Source of the DNA: Coraliomargaritaceae bacterium
GTDB lineage: Bacteria > Verrucomicrobiota > Verrucomicrobiia > Opitutales > Coraliomargaritaceae
NCBI GenBank assembly: GCA_965656495.1
Contig: CBFHKU010000009.1
Location: forward strand, 1 to 64,000
DNA: 64,000 bases
Direction: 5' to 3'
The translations under genes and the position numbers were made by a program. Positions within the stretch are counted from its first letter, which is position 1. Each line of letters starts with the position of its first letter. The notes below the pieces were generated by a model. That model worked only from the letters and a program-made list of their open reading frames with translations, did not search any database and had not been told where the DNA came from. This document shows positions 55,373-64,000 of the stretch, one piece after another.

Positions 55373-55960
55373 TTAATTTTCCTCTTTGGGCGCATTTCCT
55401 TCAAAAGCAGGGCGTGTGACTGTTTCAGACGCATTGATATCCTTGCGGCTCAGTACGGTGTATAGGGTCAGGCCAAGAATCCTGAAGTCCAAGAAGAGAG
55501 ATTTTTTTTCAACATACCAGAGGTCGAGTTCAAATTGGCGATCCCAGGTCAGGCCATTGCGCCCATTAACCTGAGCCCAGCCGGTGATCCCCGGACGCAC
55601 TTCATGTCTGCGCGCCTGCTCTTTGGAATAACGTGGCAAATATTCGGTTGGAAGGGGTCGTGGGCCAACGAGGCTCATCTCTCCGCGCAGGACATTCCAG
55701 AGTTCAGGGAGTTCGTCGAGGCTGGTGGAGCGCAGAAATCGTCCCCACCCGGTGGTACGCGCGGCATCGCTGCCGGAACCCGCCTGCATACTGCGGAATT
55801 TCACGATTTCGAAGGGCAGCCCCCCGCGACCCGCGCGGATTTGTCGAAAGAAAAGCGGCCGTCCCATTATGATATATTGCAGGATGCAAAGGGTCGTCAA
55901 GAGGGGTGCGAGCAGGATGAGCCCCAGTGAACTGGCGATGATGTCGATGGCGCGCTTCAT
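55373..55960 (-). CDS. Bacterial sugar transferase (PglC-like phosphoglycosyl transferase)
   Basis: KR..DI, KFRSM, R.TSLDELP, MSLVGPRP, RPGITGWAQVNGRN. Confidence 0.94.
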   Translation of the reverse strand: MKRAIDIIASSLGLILLAPLLTTLCILQYIIMGRPLFFRQIRAGRGGLPFEIVKFRSMQAGSGSDAARTTGWGRFLRSTSLDELPELWNVLRGEMSLVGPRPLPTEYLPRYSKEQARRHEVRPGITGWAQVNGRNGLTWDRQFELDLWYVEKKSLFLDFRILGLTLYTVLSRKDINASETVTRPAFEGNAPKEEN

Positions 55961-56078
55961 GGATATTTTGAATGAAATTAGGCAATCTCGCCGGATTTGG
56001 CTATTAATATTTGGTTTTCATTTGATCCTGATTTATTTTGTGCATATCGTAAGATCCAATTTAACCTATTACACTATT

Positions 56079-57251
56079 ATGATACTCGACGCGGCAGCAC
56101 GCAACTTTTCGCCTTTTAGTCTTACCCGCTTGCTCACCACCTGCTTTGGTGCGGGCAATGGTGAGAGAGCCTGTATTCTGATTGATCTCCCCGATCCACA
56201 TGACATCAAGGATTTCAAATTCCTCGAAGACGAGACCCTCTCCATCCAAAATTACGGGCACGAAGTTTTCTACAAGGGTTTCAAGGAAGGCGCCCTCGAG
56301 GTCATGAATTGGACCGGAGGTGAAATTTTCGCTTATCAGGAAACGGGTGGCAGCAATCTCGACATGGAGGATCTCTGTTGCGATCCCAGCGGCAAAGAAT
56401 TGAGTCTCGATCGGGACATATACCCGAATTACGACATCATCTTAACCGTTTCCACTTTTTCTGCGACTGCCCCCCTGACCGCCAAATGCAAAGAATTCGG
56501 CTTCCGTGGCGCAACCTTGCACGGGCTCAATCAAATCATTCTCGATACCGGGTTGGCGGTTGATTACGATCTCGTAAGTGAAGAAGCGGAGCGTTTGCGC
56601 CTTGGTTTGACTCAGGCAGATCGTTTTGAAATCGACTTTCAGGTTGAGGGCGAAGTCTATACCCTGCTCCTTCACACCAACGGTCAAGAGGCCCAAAAGA
56701 GCCATGGTTTATGTCCTCCGGGCAAACCGGACGTCGCCAATCTTCCTGCAGGCGAAGTTTACTTTGTCCCTGAAAGCGCGGAGGGTGTCTTCCCTTTTAA
56801 ATACAGTGAAGAAACCATAGGTCTTTTGCACGTGAAGGATGGCACCATCTACAAATCGCAGTTCGTCTATGGCGACTATGCGGAAATTGAAGCGCATAAC
56901 CAGCGCCTTGCGGATGATCCCATGGTGGGAGCGATTGGCGAACTCGGCTTTGGCACGCAGGTCTTACCCTTCTCAGGGCGCGATATTCAGGACGAGAAAA
57001 TTCTGGGCACGATTCATGTCGCCACCGGGCGGGATGATCACCTCGGTGGAAAAATAACCCCGGATCTTTTCAAGGAGCATAAGAATGCCTCGCATGACGA
57101 CGTCCTTTACGCGCCGCACAAGACCCCTGAAATTCGTCTCCCCGAGGCGCGAATGATTAAAGACGGAAAATCCACGGTCCTCATTCGCAACTACAAGCCT
57201 GCGGAGTTTATGGTTGCCTGCCTGGAAAACGAAACTCCGGTTGAGGTTTAA
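56079..57251 (+). CDS. M29-like (aminopeptidase T-type) metallopeptidase
   Basis: NLPAGEVY, GELGFG, DEK..GTIHVATG, HDD match the spacing of M29 metal ligands; start at ATG 56079. Confidence 0.75.
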   Translation: MILDAAARNFSPFSLTRLLTTCFGAGNGERACILIDLPDPHDIKDFKFLEDETLSIQNYGHEVFYKGFKEGALEVMNWTGGEIFAYQETGGSNLDMEDLCCDPSGKELSLDRDIYPNYDIILTVSTFSATAPLTAKCKEFGFRGATLHGLNQIILDTGLAVDYDLVSEEAERLRLGLTQADRFEIDFQVEGEVYTLLLHTNGQEAQKSHGLCPPGKPDVANLPAGEVYFVPESAEGVFPFKYSEETIGLLHVKDGTIYKSQFVYGDYAEIEAHNQRLADDPMVGAIGELGFGTQVLPFSGRDIQDEKILGTIHVATGRDDHLGGKITPDLFKEHKNASHDDVLYAPHKTPEIRLPEARMIKDGKSTVLIRNYKPAEFMVACLENETPVEV

Positions 57252-57254
57252 CCG

Positions 57255-58013
57255 ATGCCGGAGAATCCCTACGAGACAGATGCGCTCTTGCAGCAGTATC
57301 TCGTATTTCACTACGCGAATGAGGCGAAACAATTTCCCTATCCTTTTGGGGCTTCGGATGCGTTGGGTTTTCCAGTTCGCTGTGTCACGGAGGGGCTGGA
57401 TTTTGAATCAATAAAACCGGAAGCCCGGGCCCTGGATTTGGGCTGTGCGGTTGGGGGCAGCAGTTTCGAACTCGCGCGCCACGCTGCGGAGGTAATTGGG
57501 ATTGATTACTCCGAGGCTTTCATTGCTGCGGCAAGGCAGTTGCAGTCCACCGGGAAAGTTTCGGCATCACGTTTGGACGAGGGATCTTCGCAAACCCGAC
57601 TGGCATTGGAAATCGACGCCGCTATCGATCGCACCAAATTATCGTTTGAAACCGGGGATGCGCAGGATTTGCGTGCCGACCTCGGGCAATTTGATGTGGT
57701 GCTGGCATGTAATCTTATTTGTCGCTTGCCGGAACCGATGCGTTTGTTGAGTCGTTTGCCGGAATTGGTGCGCCCCGGCGGGCAGCTTTTTATTACGACT
57801 CCCTTTACCTGGCTGGAAGCATACACGCCCCGGGCGAATTGGCTCGGGGAGGGGGTAGCCGATTCCTTTGCCGGTTTGCGCGCTTCACTGGAGCCCATGT
57901 TTACACTGGAGCGTTCTTGGGATATGCCCTTCCTAATACGCGAGCATGCGCGCAAATTCCAATATAGCATCGCGCAGGCAAGCCGGTGGCGACGTTCCGA
58001 TACGAGGCCGTAG
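57255..58013 (+). CDS. Stand-alone SAM methyltransferase resembling the OvoA C-terminal (mercaptohistidine N-methyltransferase) domain
   Basis: NPYETD.LL.QYL.FHY, ALDLGCAVGGSSFELAR, NLICRL, TPFTWLE, PFLIREHARKFQ. Confidence 0.85.
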   Translation: MPENPYETDALLQQYLVFHYANEAKQFPYPFGASDALGFPVRCVTEGLDFESIKPEARALDLGCAVGGSSFELARHAAEVIGIDYSEAFIAAARQLQSTGKVSASRLDEGSSQTRLALEIDAAIDRTKLSFETGDAQDLRADLGQFDVVLACNLICRLPEPMRLLSRLPELVRPGGQLFITTPFTWLEAYTPRANWLGEGVADSFAGLRASLEPMFTLERSWDMPFLIREHARKFQYSIAQASRWRRSDTRP

Positions 58014-58031
58014 TTATGCGCTTGATTGCCC

Positions 58032-59711
58032 TTATGCTTCCAGGATGCCGGAGCTCTTGAGCAGACTCCCAATGTAGGGAATCAATTGCTTTTTACGGCT
58101 CACGATCCCGGAAAGGAAGTATACATTGTTTTTGCCGCGCTGAGGGTAATTGATCCAATCCAGAACCTGTTGTTCACCGCTCACAACGAGCAGGGAGTCC
58201 TGTGAGTTGACGTCGGTAATCAAGAGAAAGCTCAAGCCCAGTCCCTCGCTTTTGCGGTGCGCTTTCAAGGCCGCGTCCAAGGCATCGCTGTGGGCGTTGA
58301 AATTATCAAAGCCCAGTTCCTCGATCTGCGAGACGCTGTAACGGAAGTGGTTTTCAACGTATTCCTTGCAGTCGGAGCGGATGACATCTTCAGGGCTGGA
58401 ATTAAGGATGACCGACCCGGATGAGAAAATGAGTTCAGCCAAGGTCTTGCTCTCAATGCCGGCAATCGGGCTCAACCATTCCAGCAATTCGCCTTCCAGC
58501 GGTGTGGTCGTCGGACTATTGAGATGCAGGGTATCCGATATAATTCCGGACATCATCGCTCCGGCAATAGGGCGTGAAGGGGTGAGTCCACTTTTGCGAA
58601 AGAGGTCAGCTACAATAGAACAGGTCGAACCCACCGGGCGGTTGATGAAGAGGATCGGTTTTTGCGTGGGCAAGTTGCCGAGTTTGTGGTGATCCAGGAT
58701 TTCGGTAATCTGTACCTTGTCGGCGCCGTTAACGGCTTGGTTCAATTCATTGTGATCGACCAGAGCGATCCGCGTTTTGCTCGGGCGCAGAATGTCGCTC
58801 TTGGAGAAAACTCCAAGCAATTGATTGCTGTCGTTTGTGACCATGTAGAGCGGGTCATTGAGCGAGGCAATGCGGTGCTTGACCGATTGAATGCTGTCCT
58901 CCGCTGAGAAACATTTCACTTTTTTCTCAAAGAGACTATCGATATGAGTGGCGGTTCGAATGATCCAGGAGGTGGAGGCAGAATCATAGGGACTGATAAT
59001 GAGGGAAACGCCCTTATCTTTTGCAAGTTGTAGGACTTCAGGGTCCACCTCGAGTCCGCCGGTGATGACGAGGAGGCGGACGCCTTTCTCGATGCACAGT
59101 TCCTGGATGTCACGTCGGTCACCCACCACAATGATGGATTGCTCGGCGGGCATGTCGCTTTCTCTGCGGTAATTATTGAAGGATTTTATGTGCATCGCCC
59201 CGACACGTACGTAGAGTTCCTGCACGTCCAAAGGCGAAACAAGGTTTAGCGCCTCGGCGTTCAGTGAGCGCACAATGGAGTCCATATTGGTTTTTACCCG
59301 GCGCATGTCCTTGGATGAGCGGGGCTTTGGCACAAAAAATTCCCCAAGCTGGAAGAAGCTGATGACTCCGAGCAGTCGGTCCGCGGTATCGGTAACCGGG
59401 AGCGCCCGCACGTCGTATTTATCGATCAATTCGAGCGCTTCCGCACAGGTGCTTTGTGGAGTCACCTTGTGAAGCGTGCGGCTCATGATTGCCTCGATGC
59501 GCGGTGTGACATCGCCCAGGAAGACCGGAACCGGCAATTGGAAATGCTCGAGAATCGCGTCAATACGCGGGTTGGTGTTCCCACAACGCGCCGCGACATA
59601 ATTTTTCTCGCCCATCGCATGCTTGTAGGCGGAGTATGCCAGTGCAGAGCAGATGGCATCTGCGTCAGGGTTTTTGTGCCCCAGGACGTAGATTGGACTC
59701 TCTTTTTCCAT
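58032..59711 (-). CDS. ppaC: Family II Mn-dependent inorganic pyrophosphatase with CBS-DRTGG-CBS insert
   Basis: GHKNPDAD, VDHN, DHH, GST, IISDT, SRKKQ; CBS and DRTGG (GDR...ITGG) insert. Confidence 0.92.
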   Translation of the reverse strand: MEKESPIYVLGHKNPDADAICSALAYSAYKHAMGEKNYVAARCGNTNPRIDAILEHFQLPVPVFLGDVTPRIEAIMSRTLHKVTPQSTCAEALELIDKYDVRALPVTDTADRLLGVISFFQLGEFFVPKPRSSKDMRRVKTNMDSIVRSLNAEALNLVSPLDVQELYVRVGAMHIKSFNNYRRESDMPAEQSIIVVGDRRDIQELCIEKGVRLLVITGGLEVDPEVLQLAKDKGVSLIISPYDSASTSWIIRTATHIDSLFEKKVKCFSAEDSIQSVKHRIASLNDPLYMVTNDSNQLLGVFSKSDILRPSKTRIALVDHNELNQAVNGADKVQITEILDHHKLGNLPTQKPILFINRPVGSTCSIVADLFRKSGLTPSRPIAGAMMSGIISDTLHLNSPTTTPLEGELLEWLSPIAGIESKTLAELIFSSGSVILNSSPEDVIRSDCKEYVENHFRYSVSQIEELGFDNFNAHSDALDAALKAHRKSEGLGLSFLLITDVNSQDSLLVVSGEQQVLDWINYPQRGKNNVYFLSGIVSRKKQLIPYIGSLLKSSGILEA

Positions 59712-59781
59712 TATTTTTATTAATCAATGGTTTGAGTGATATTTATACAAACCAATAAATTCTGAAAGTTGATATAAAGAG

Positions 59782-59810
59782 GAAGGCCGGACTGCAAGAG
59801 CCCGGCCTTC
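59782..59810 (-). terminator. Hairpin terminator downstream of the prepilin-like gene
   Basis: GAAGGCCGG...CCGGCCTTC inverted repeat followed by CTCTTTAT on the minus strand. Confidence 0.6.
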
Positions 59811-59838
59811 GTGTTAAACTTGGATAGGCCGAGTGGCT

Positions 59839-60531
59839 CTAGTCAGCGCGAACGATGTCGTTGCTGCTGTGAACATCGAGAATGTTGCTGGTGGGTTGCC
59901 CGTTGGTGGGGTCGACGAGTTGCCCGTCTTCGCCCTCAAGGTCATTGTAGAATTGAACGTGCCCATCGAGGTAGGCAATGTGCCCGCCCAAGCCCCAGGG
60001 GGAATCCTTTGGCCAGGTTCCTGAACTGGTGAGTCCGCGGGTCCAGGTCAAAGGGGTGGTGGTTGCAGGGTCATTGCCTCCGGCAGCGAGTGCGAAGTCA
60101 TAGCCCAGAGGAACACGGGTTGTCCAGTCAGTGCTGGTTTGGAAGGCGTTGTTGGAGTCGCGATACCCGATGATCGCGGGGACATCACCGCCGTCGTTTT
60201 CGAAATCAATAAACTTGGGGTCTGAGTCGATGATCCAAACACTGGCGTCATAGAGCTCAACCTGTTTGGCAAGGAACTCAGCAACGGCATGAATGTTTTT
60301 GGTATTCAGTTTGGAAGCAGTGAGGGTGCGGACCCGCCCTCCGGAAGATGAATAGGTGGCATAGGAAACCGCGATGGAACGAATGTTGGCGGAAGAGCGC
60401 ATCTTATTGGCGGTCTCACGCACTTTACCCACCGCGGGGATGAGAATCGCGGCGAGGATGCCGATGATTGCAATAACGGTGAGGAGTTCGATCAGGGTAA
60501 AACCTGCGTTGGCTGATTTCTTTTGCTTCAT
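59839..60531 (-). CDS. PVC-type prepilin-like protein (N-methylation motif, C-terminal DGHV motif)
   Basis: NAG|FTLIELLTVIAIIGILAAILIP and GGHIAYLDGHV. Confidence 0.92.
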   Translation of the reverse strand: MKQKKSANAGFTLIELLTVIAIIGILAAILIPAVGKVRETANKMRSSANIRSIAVSYATYSSSGGRVRTLTASKLNTKNIHAVAEFLAKQVELYDASVWIIDSDPKFIDFENDGGDVPAIIGYRDSNNAFQTSTDWTTRVPLGYDFALAAGGNDPATTTPLTWTRGLTSSGTWPKDSPWGLGGHIAYLDGHVQFYNDLEGEDGQLVDPTNGQPTSNILDVHSSNDIVRAD

Positions 60532-60659
60532 AATTTAAATGTGGGGTTTGATTTGTCTGTATAAGCAGGCAAAAGCGATTTTGTTTAAAGATTGCCTTCA
60601 GGAATAGCTGGAAGCAATACTATTTTTGTGAGCCTTCCGCAGGCAGACGGCCTTCCCGT

Positions 60660-61931
60660 TTAATAGGGAAGGGGGTACTTTGCGCAGAGCGCCTGTGCGA
60701 TCTCGCGGGCCTTTGTGATGGCCTCGGCATCTTCCGGAGCGTTGAGCACCGTGTCGATGGCTTCCGCGATCTGTGCCATATCCGCCTCATTCATTCCGCG
60801 GGAGGTGACTGCGGGTGTCCCAAAGCGGATCCCGCTGGTCTGGAAGGGGCTGCGTGTTTCACCCGGTACGGTGTTTTTGTTGGCGGTGATATGGGCTTGG
60901 TCGAGTGCTATCTGGGCGACTTTACCGGTGAGCTCAGGGTCTTTTTTGCGCAGATCCAGCATGAGCAAATGGTTGTCGGTACCGCCGCTGATAACGTGGT
61001 GGCCGCGCTCACTGAGGGCATTCGCAAGCGCATTGGCATTGGCGGCAACCTGTGCCTGGTAGGCTCGGAATGATTCATTTGCGGCTTCTTTAAAACAAAC
61101 GGCTTTGGCGGCGATGACGTGCATGAGGGGGCCGCCCTGTGTTCCGGGAAAGACCGCACTGTCGATTTTCTTGGCGTGTTCACCCTTGCAGAGGATCAGC
61201 CCGCCTCGGGGGCCGCGGAGGGTTTTGTGCGTGGTGGTGGTGACAAAATCGGCATGGGGTACCGGCGAGGGGTGAACCCTCGCCGCGACCAGACCTGCGA
61301 TGTGCGCGATATCGGCCAGCAGGTAAGCGCCCACTTCGCGCGCGATTTCACCCATTCGGGCAAAATCAATGGTGCGGGAATACGCCGAAGCGCCCACCGT
61401 GATCATCTTGGGTTGTTCGCGGCGCGCACTCTCCGCGATGAGGTCGTAGTCGATGCGACCGCTCTCGGCGTTGACCCCGTAGTTGACGACTTCGTGATAG
61501 ATGCCGCTGAAATTCATCGGGTGCCCATGTGTGAGGTGACCACCATCGGAGAGGTTCATCGTGAGGATTTTGTCACCGGGGCGCAGAACCGAAAGGTAGA
61601 CGGCGGCGTTGGCCTGACTGCCCGAGTGGGGTTGGACATTGGCATGGTCGGCGCCAAAGAGGTGCTTGGCGCGCTCGATGGCGAGTTCCTCGACGCGGTC
61701 AACGTGTTCGCAGCCGCCATAGTAGCGTTTGCCGGGGTAGCCCTCAGCATACTTGTTGGTGAGGACCGAGCCTTGTGCTTCGATTACGGCGGGTAGGGTG
61801 AAGTTTTCGGAAGCGATCAATTCAATGTGGTTTTCCTGACGCTGCCGTTCCGCGGCAATTGCCTCCGCAATTTCGGGATCCAATGATTGAAGGGGTTTGT
61901 CGTCCAATTGATTAAGCGTGGTGGTAGTCAT
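60660..61931 (-). CDS. glyA: Serine hydroxymethyltransferase
   Basis: [48 protein letters not shown]. Confidence 0.99.
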   Translation of the reverse strand: MTTTTLNQLDDKPLQSLDPEIAEAIAAERQRQENHIELIASENFTLPAVIEAQGSVLTNKYAEGYPGKRYYGGCEHVDRVEELAIERAKHLFGADHANVQPHSGSQANAAVYLSVLRPGDKILTMNLSDGGHLTHGHPMNFSGIYHEVVNYGVNAESGRIDYDLIAESARREQPKMITVGASAYSRTIDFARMGEIAREVGAYLLADIAHIAGLVAARVHPSPVPHADFVTTTTHKTLRGPRGGLILCKGEHAKKIDSAVFPGTQGGPLMHVIAAKAVCFKEAANESFRAYQAQVAANANALANALSERGHHVISGGTDNHLLMLDLRKKDPELTGKVAQIALDQAHITANKNTVPGETRSPFQTSGIRFGTPAVTSRGMNEADMAQIAEAIDTVLNAPEDAEAITKAREIAQALCAKYPLPY

Positions 61932-61966
61932 TACATTTAGATTACGGATTTTTCAAAAGCTGCAAA

Positions 61967-63442
61967 TCAGAAGGGCCAATACCATTTATTTTTTTCTACA
62001 TGTAGCGGTTGTAGCCCGGTCTTTGTTATAGGTTCTTCGCTTTCCGGTTCGGCGTCAAGTGTGGCATCGCCACTTTCCGTTTCGTTTTCGCCAATGGGGC
62101 TTTCTTCGCTCCAAAGGGGCCACCACCATGGATCGTTCGAGTAACCGGTTTCTCCGGTTCGATCTCCGGTCAAGAGCGCCTCGCCTGCTTCGCTTTTCTG
62201 GCGACTGAAAGGCCAGACCCAGTCGCCCGGGCCCGCTTTGCCCTGATCGTCGGGATTGATGCCGGCAGCCTGTGCGCGGGCAAGCAAGGTTTCGGCAAAT
62301 GCTTTGCGCCCCGCTTGTAGGGTCGACAATTTTTCAGCTCCTTCGGGCGTCGCCGGGCGAATCCGGGTGGGTACACCGTCCAGTGGTTGGCCGGGCGCAT
62401 AGCTGTAGTAAACGAAACCGCGACCGGCTGGACTCAGGATTTTTCGCATGCCGTCATCCCAGCGGAACATGACATTTTGACCGGAAAGGAGCCAGTCGCC
62501 GTGGAGGCTCCTATCGCGTGAGGTTTCCAGACCGCCGTATTTCCGGATTGTGATCCGTTCATAAATTTCGTCAGCATGTTGAATGAGCCACGTGCCGCGA
62601 TAGAAATTGCGGGCATCCTTGCGGGAAGAAAAAATATAACCGCTGGGGGTTGCCTCTTGCTGAGCGCGGTAAGTATCGAGCCAGTCAGCGGGGGCGTTCT
62701 CGGTCGCGGTTCGGGCGATGGCGCGAAAGTCCCGGGGGGCGTCTTCGAGAATCATCCCGGCTGGAATGCGGGTGAAGTCATGACCTTTGGCGGCTTCGCG
62801 CAAGATGGAGTAATCCCCGTTTTCCCAGATCAAGTGCAGTTCGCTCCCCTGTTTTATCCAGGCACCGTGCAGGCCGCTTTCATCCGAGCCGCCCACAGTC
62901 GTGGCGGCACTGCGATCCGGGGAGACCATCACAAAAATTTTCTCTCCCGCAGCGGCTTCCATTTCCCATAATCCAAAGAAGGTATTTTCCAAGTCGGCAG
63001 CGTCTGCATCATCCCTCGCAGGCGGTTTGGCCCATTGCCCCAAGATACCATTGGGAATCGCTTTTGCAGTCAGACCTTTGGTTTCCTCGCCGGCAGTATC
63101 AATGAAGGTAGCGACGAGATCAAAGGCACCTTGGCGAAAACGGTGCTCGGAACCATCGGGCCATTTCGCGGTGGCCACACCTTCAAGGGTGGACCATTCC
63201 CCCTTGTAGACGGTTCGATCCGATCCTTTAGCTTGAAAATAAGAGGCCTCGCCGCTGGGCTTCAGGAGCACAATGACTGCTTCGCTTGTCTTGGAGGCCA
63301 CCGCCCAGGAACCTTGAAAGGGATCTTTTTCGCTTTGGCCCGCTAGATTGGCTGTAGCGATCCAATTCAGGCTCAAGCAGACGAGAGCGTGGGATAGGCT
63401 CACCTTTGGGAAGGGTGGCAATTTCAAAAAAGGAATGCGCAT
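61967..63442 (-). CDS. Exported hypothetical protein with three beta-rich repeats and a Trp-rich tail
   Basis: Signal peptide; three G.W...G.W...W.[DN]G units; ends KWYWPF. Confidence 0.8.
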   Translation of the reverse strand: MRIPFLKLPPFPKVSLSHALVCLSLNWIATANLAGQSEKDPFQGSWAVASKTSEAVIVLLKPSGEASYFQAKGSDRTVYKGEWSTLEGVATAKWPDGSEHRFRQGAFDLVATFIDTAGEETKGLTAKAIPNGILGQWAKPPARDDADAADLENTFFGLWEMEAAAGEKIFVMVSPDRSAATTVGGSDESGLHGAWIKQGSELHLIWENGDYSILREAAKGHDFTRIPAGMILEDAPRDFRAIARTATENAPADWLDTYRAQQEATPSGYIFSSRKDARNFYRGTWLIQHADEIYERITIRKYGGLETSRDRSLHGDWLLSGQNVMFRWDDGMRKILSPAGRGFVYYSYAPGQPLDGVPTRIRPATPEGAEKLSTLQAGRKAFAETLLARAQAAGINPDDQGKAGPGDWVWPFSRQKSEAGEALLTGDRTGETGYSNDPWWWPLWSEESPIGENETESGDATLDAEPESEEPITKTGLQPLHVEKNKWYWPF

Positions 63443-63500
63443 CGTATTGGAATATTTTTAGGGTACGGATTGCGCAAGTCCGTAATGCATGCCTGTGGGA

Positions 63501-64000
63501 TTAAAGGCAGCCGATACGTGAAAAATCCAAGCGACTGCGGCTGATGCATCCGCGTTCCAGTACGGCGCGGTCGCTGCGTGGATTATTTTCAATGTTCCTG
63601 CCTTCACTAAAGCGAAAACGAAAACTGCCCGAGCCGCAGGGTTCATAGAGCGATCCCAGTTGCACTTTGGCGGGCACGGTTTCTTCGAGGAGGGTTTCAG
63701 CGGTGGTGTGCTCCGGGAAGTTGACGTTGATGACCTGTCCGGCGGGCGGCGGCGCGGCGAGCAATTCCGTAGTGAGGCGGGCGGCATGCTGTGCGGCGGC
63801 GGCCTGCGAAGCCGCAAAGCTACCTTTCGTTTGTCCTTTGGAATCACGAATCGCCTCGAAGTCAGCAAACGGAACGCATTGACTGAAGGCGATTGCGGGC
63901 AAGCCCCACTGCGCCCCCTCCATCGCACCCGCCACCGTGCCCGAACTGAGAATCAGGCATTCGGTCGTGTTGTAGCCAATGTTGATCCCTGAAACAACCG
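63501..64000 (-). CDS. surE: 5'/3'-nucleotidase SurE (5' part outside the window)
   Basis: Frame reads VVSGINIGYN....LSSGTVAGAMEG, then AIAFSQ and INVNFP. Confidence 0.92.
   Translation of the reverse strand, partial: VVSGINIGYNTTECLILSSGTVAGAMEGAQWGLPAIAFSQCVPFADFEAIRDSKGQTKGSFAASQAAAAQHAARLTTELLAAPPPAGQVINVNFPEHTTAETLLEETVPAKVQLGSLYEPCGSGSFRFRFSEGRNIENNPRSDRAVLERGCISRSRLDFSRIGCL

Noticed and set aside
55725..56078. N-terminal extensions in the ORF track (e.g. 55725, 6103, 20761, 32013, 40782, 41368, 51216, 54774)
   Set aside because: They overlap neighbouring genes; downstream ATGs match the family N-termini better.
56059..56087. Second dif-like sequence ATTTAACCTAT-TACACTA-TTATGATACTC
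   Set aside because: 7-bp spacer, poor XerC arm, and it overlaps a start codon.

Overview
The window is about 64 kb of a bacterial chromosome of moderately high GC. Gene content and PVC-type prepilin proteins suggest Verrucomicrobiota (Opitutae, Coraliomargarita-like), which is an inference. It is almost entirely core housekeeping DNA: smc, guaA, hisDCB, guaB-purA, menCE, rne-rodA, mgtE, tyrA-aroA-cmk-plsC-purM, uvrC, cinA-holA-purB, pfk, pnuC with a NadR-like kinase, thrH, a CBS-PPase, glyA, surE and one tRNA-Tyr. No integrase, transposase, cas gene or true CRISPR array is visible. The best candidate for an undescribed system is a single low-GC gene inserted after purA (24160-25110). It encodes a dCTP-deaminase/dUTPase-fold domain with an altered deaminase active site, fused to a coiled coil and two transmembrane helices, which resembles a nucleotide-sensor/membrane-effector defence protein. 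Other notable items: a 42-bp tandem array with short triplet repeats after the tRNA, a stand-alone ovothiol-type methyltransferase coupled to an M29-like peptidase, a 51-aa mini-pilin beside an unannotated 43-aa membrane protein, a secreted protein with three WxWP[FL] motifs, a perfect DnaA box before smc, and a locally reversed GC skew. All calls come from motif recognition by eye; no database searches were run.
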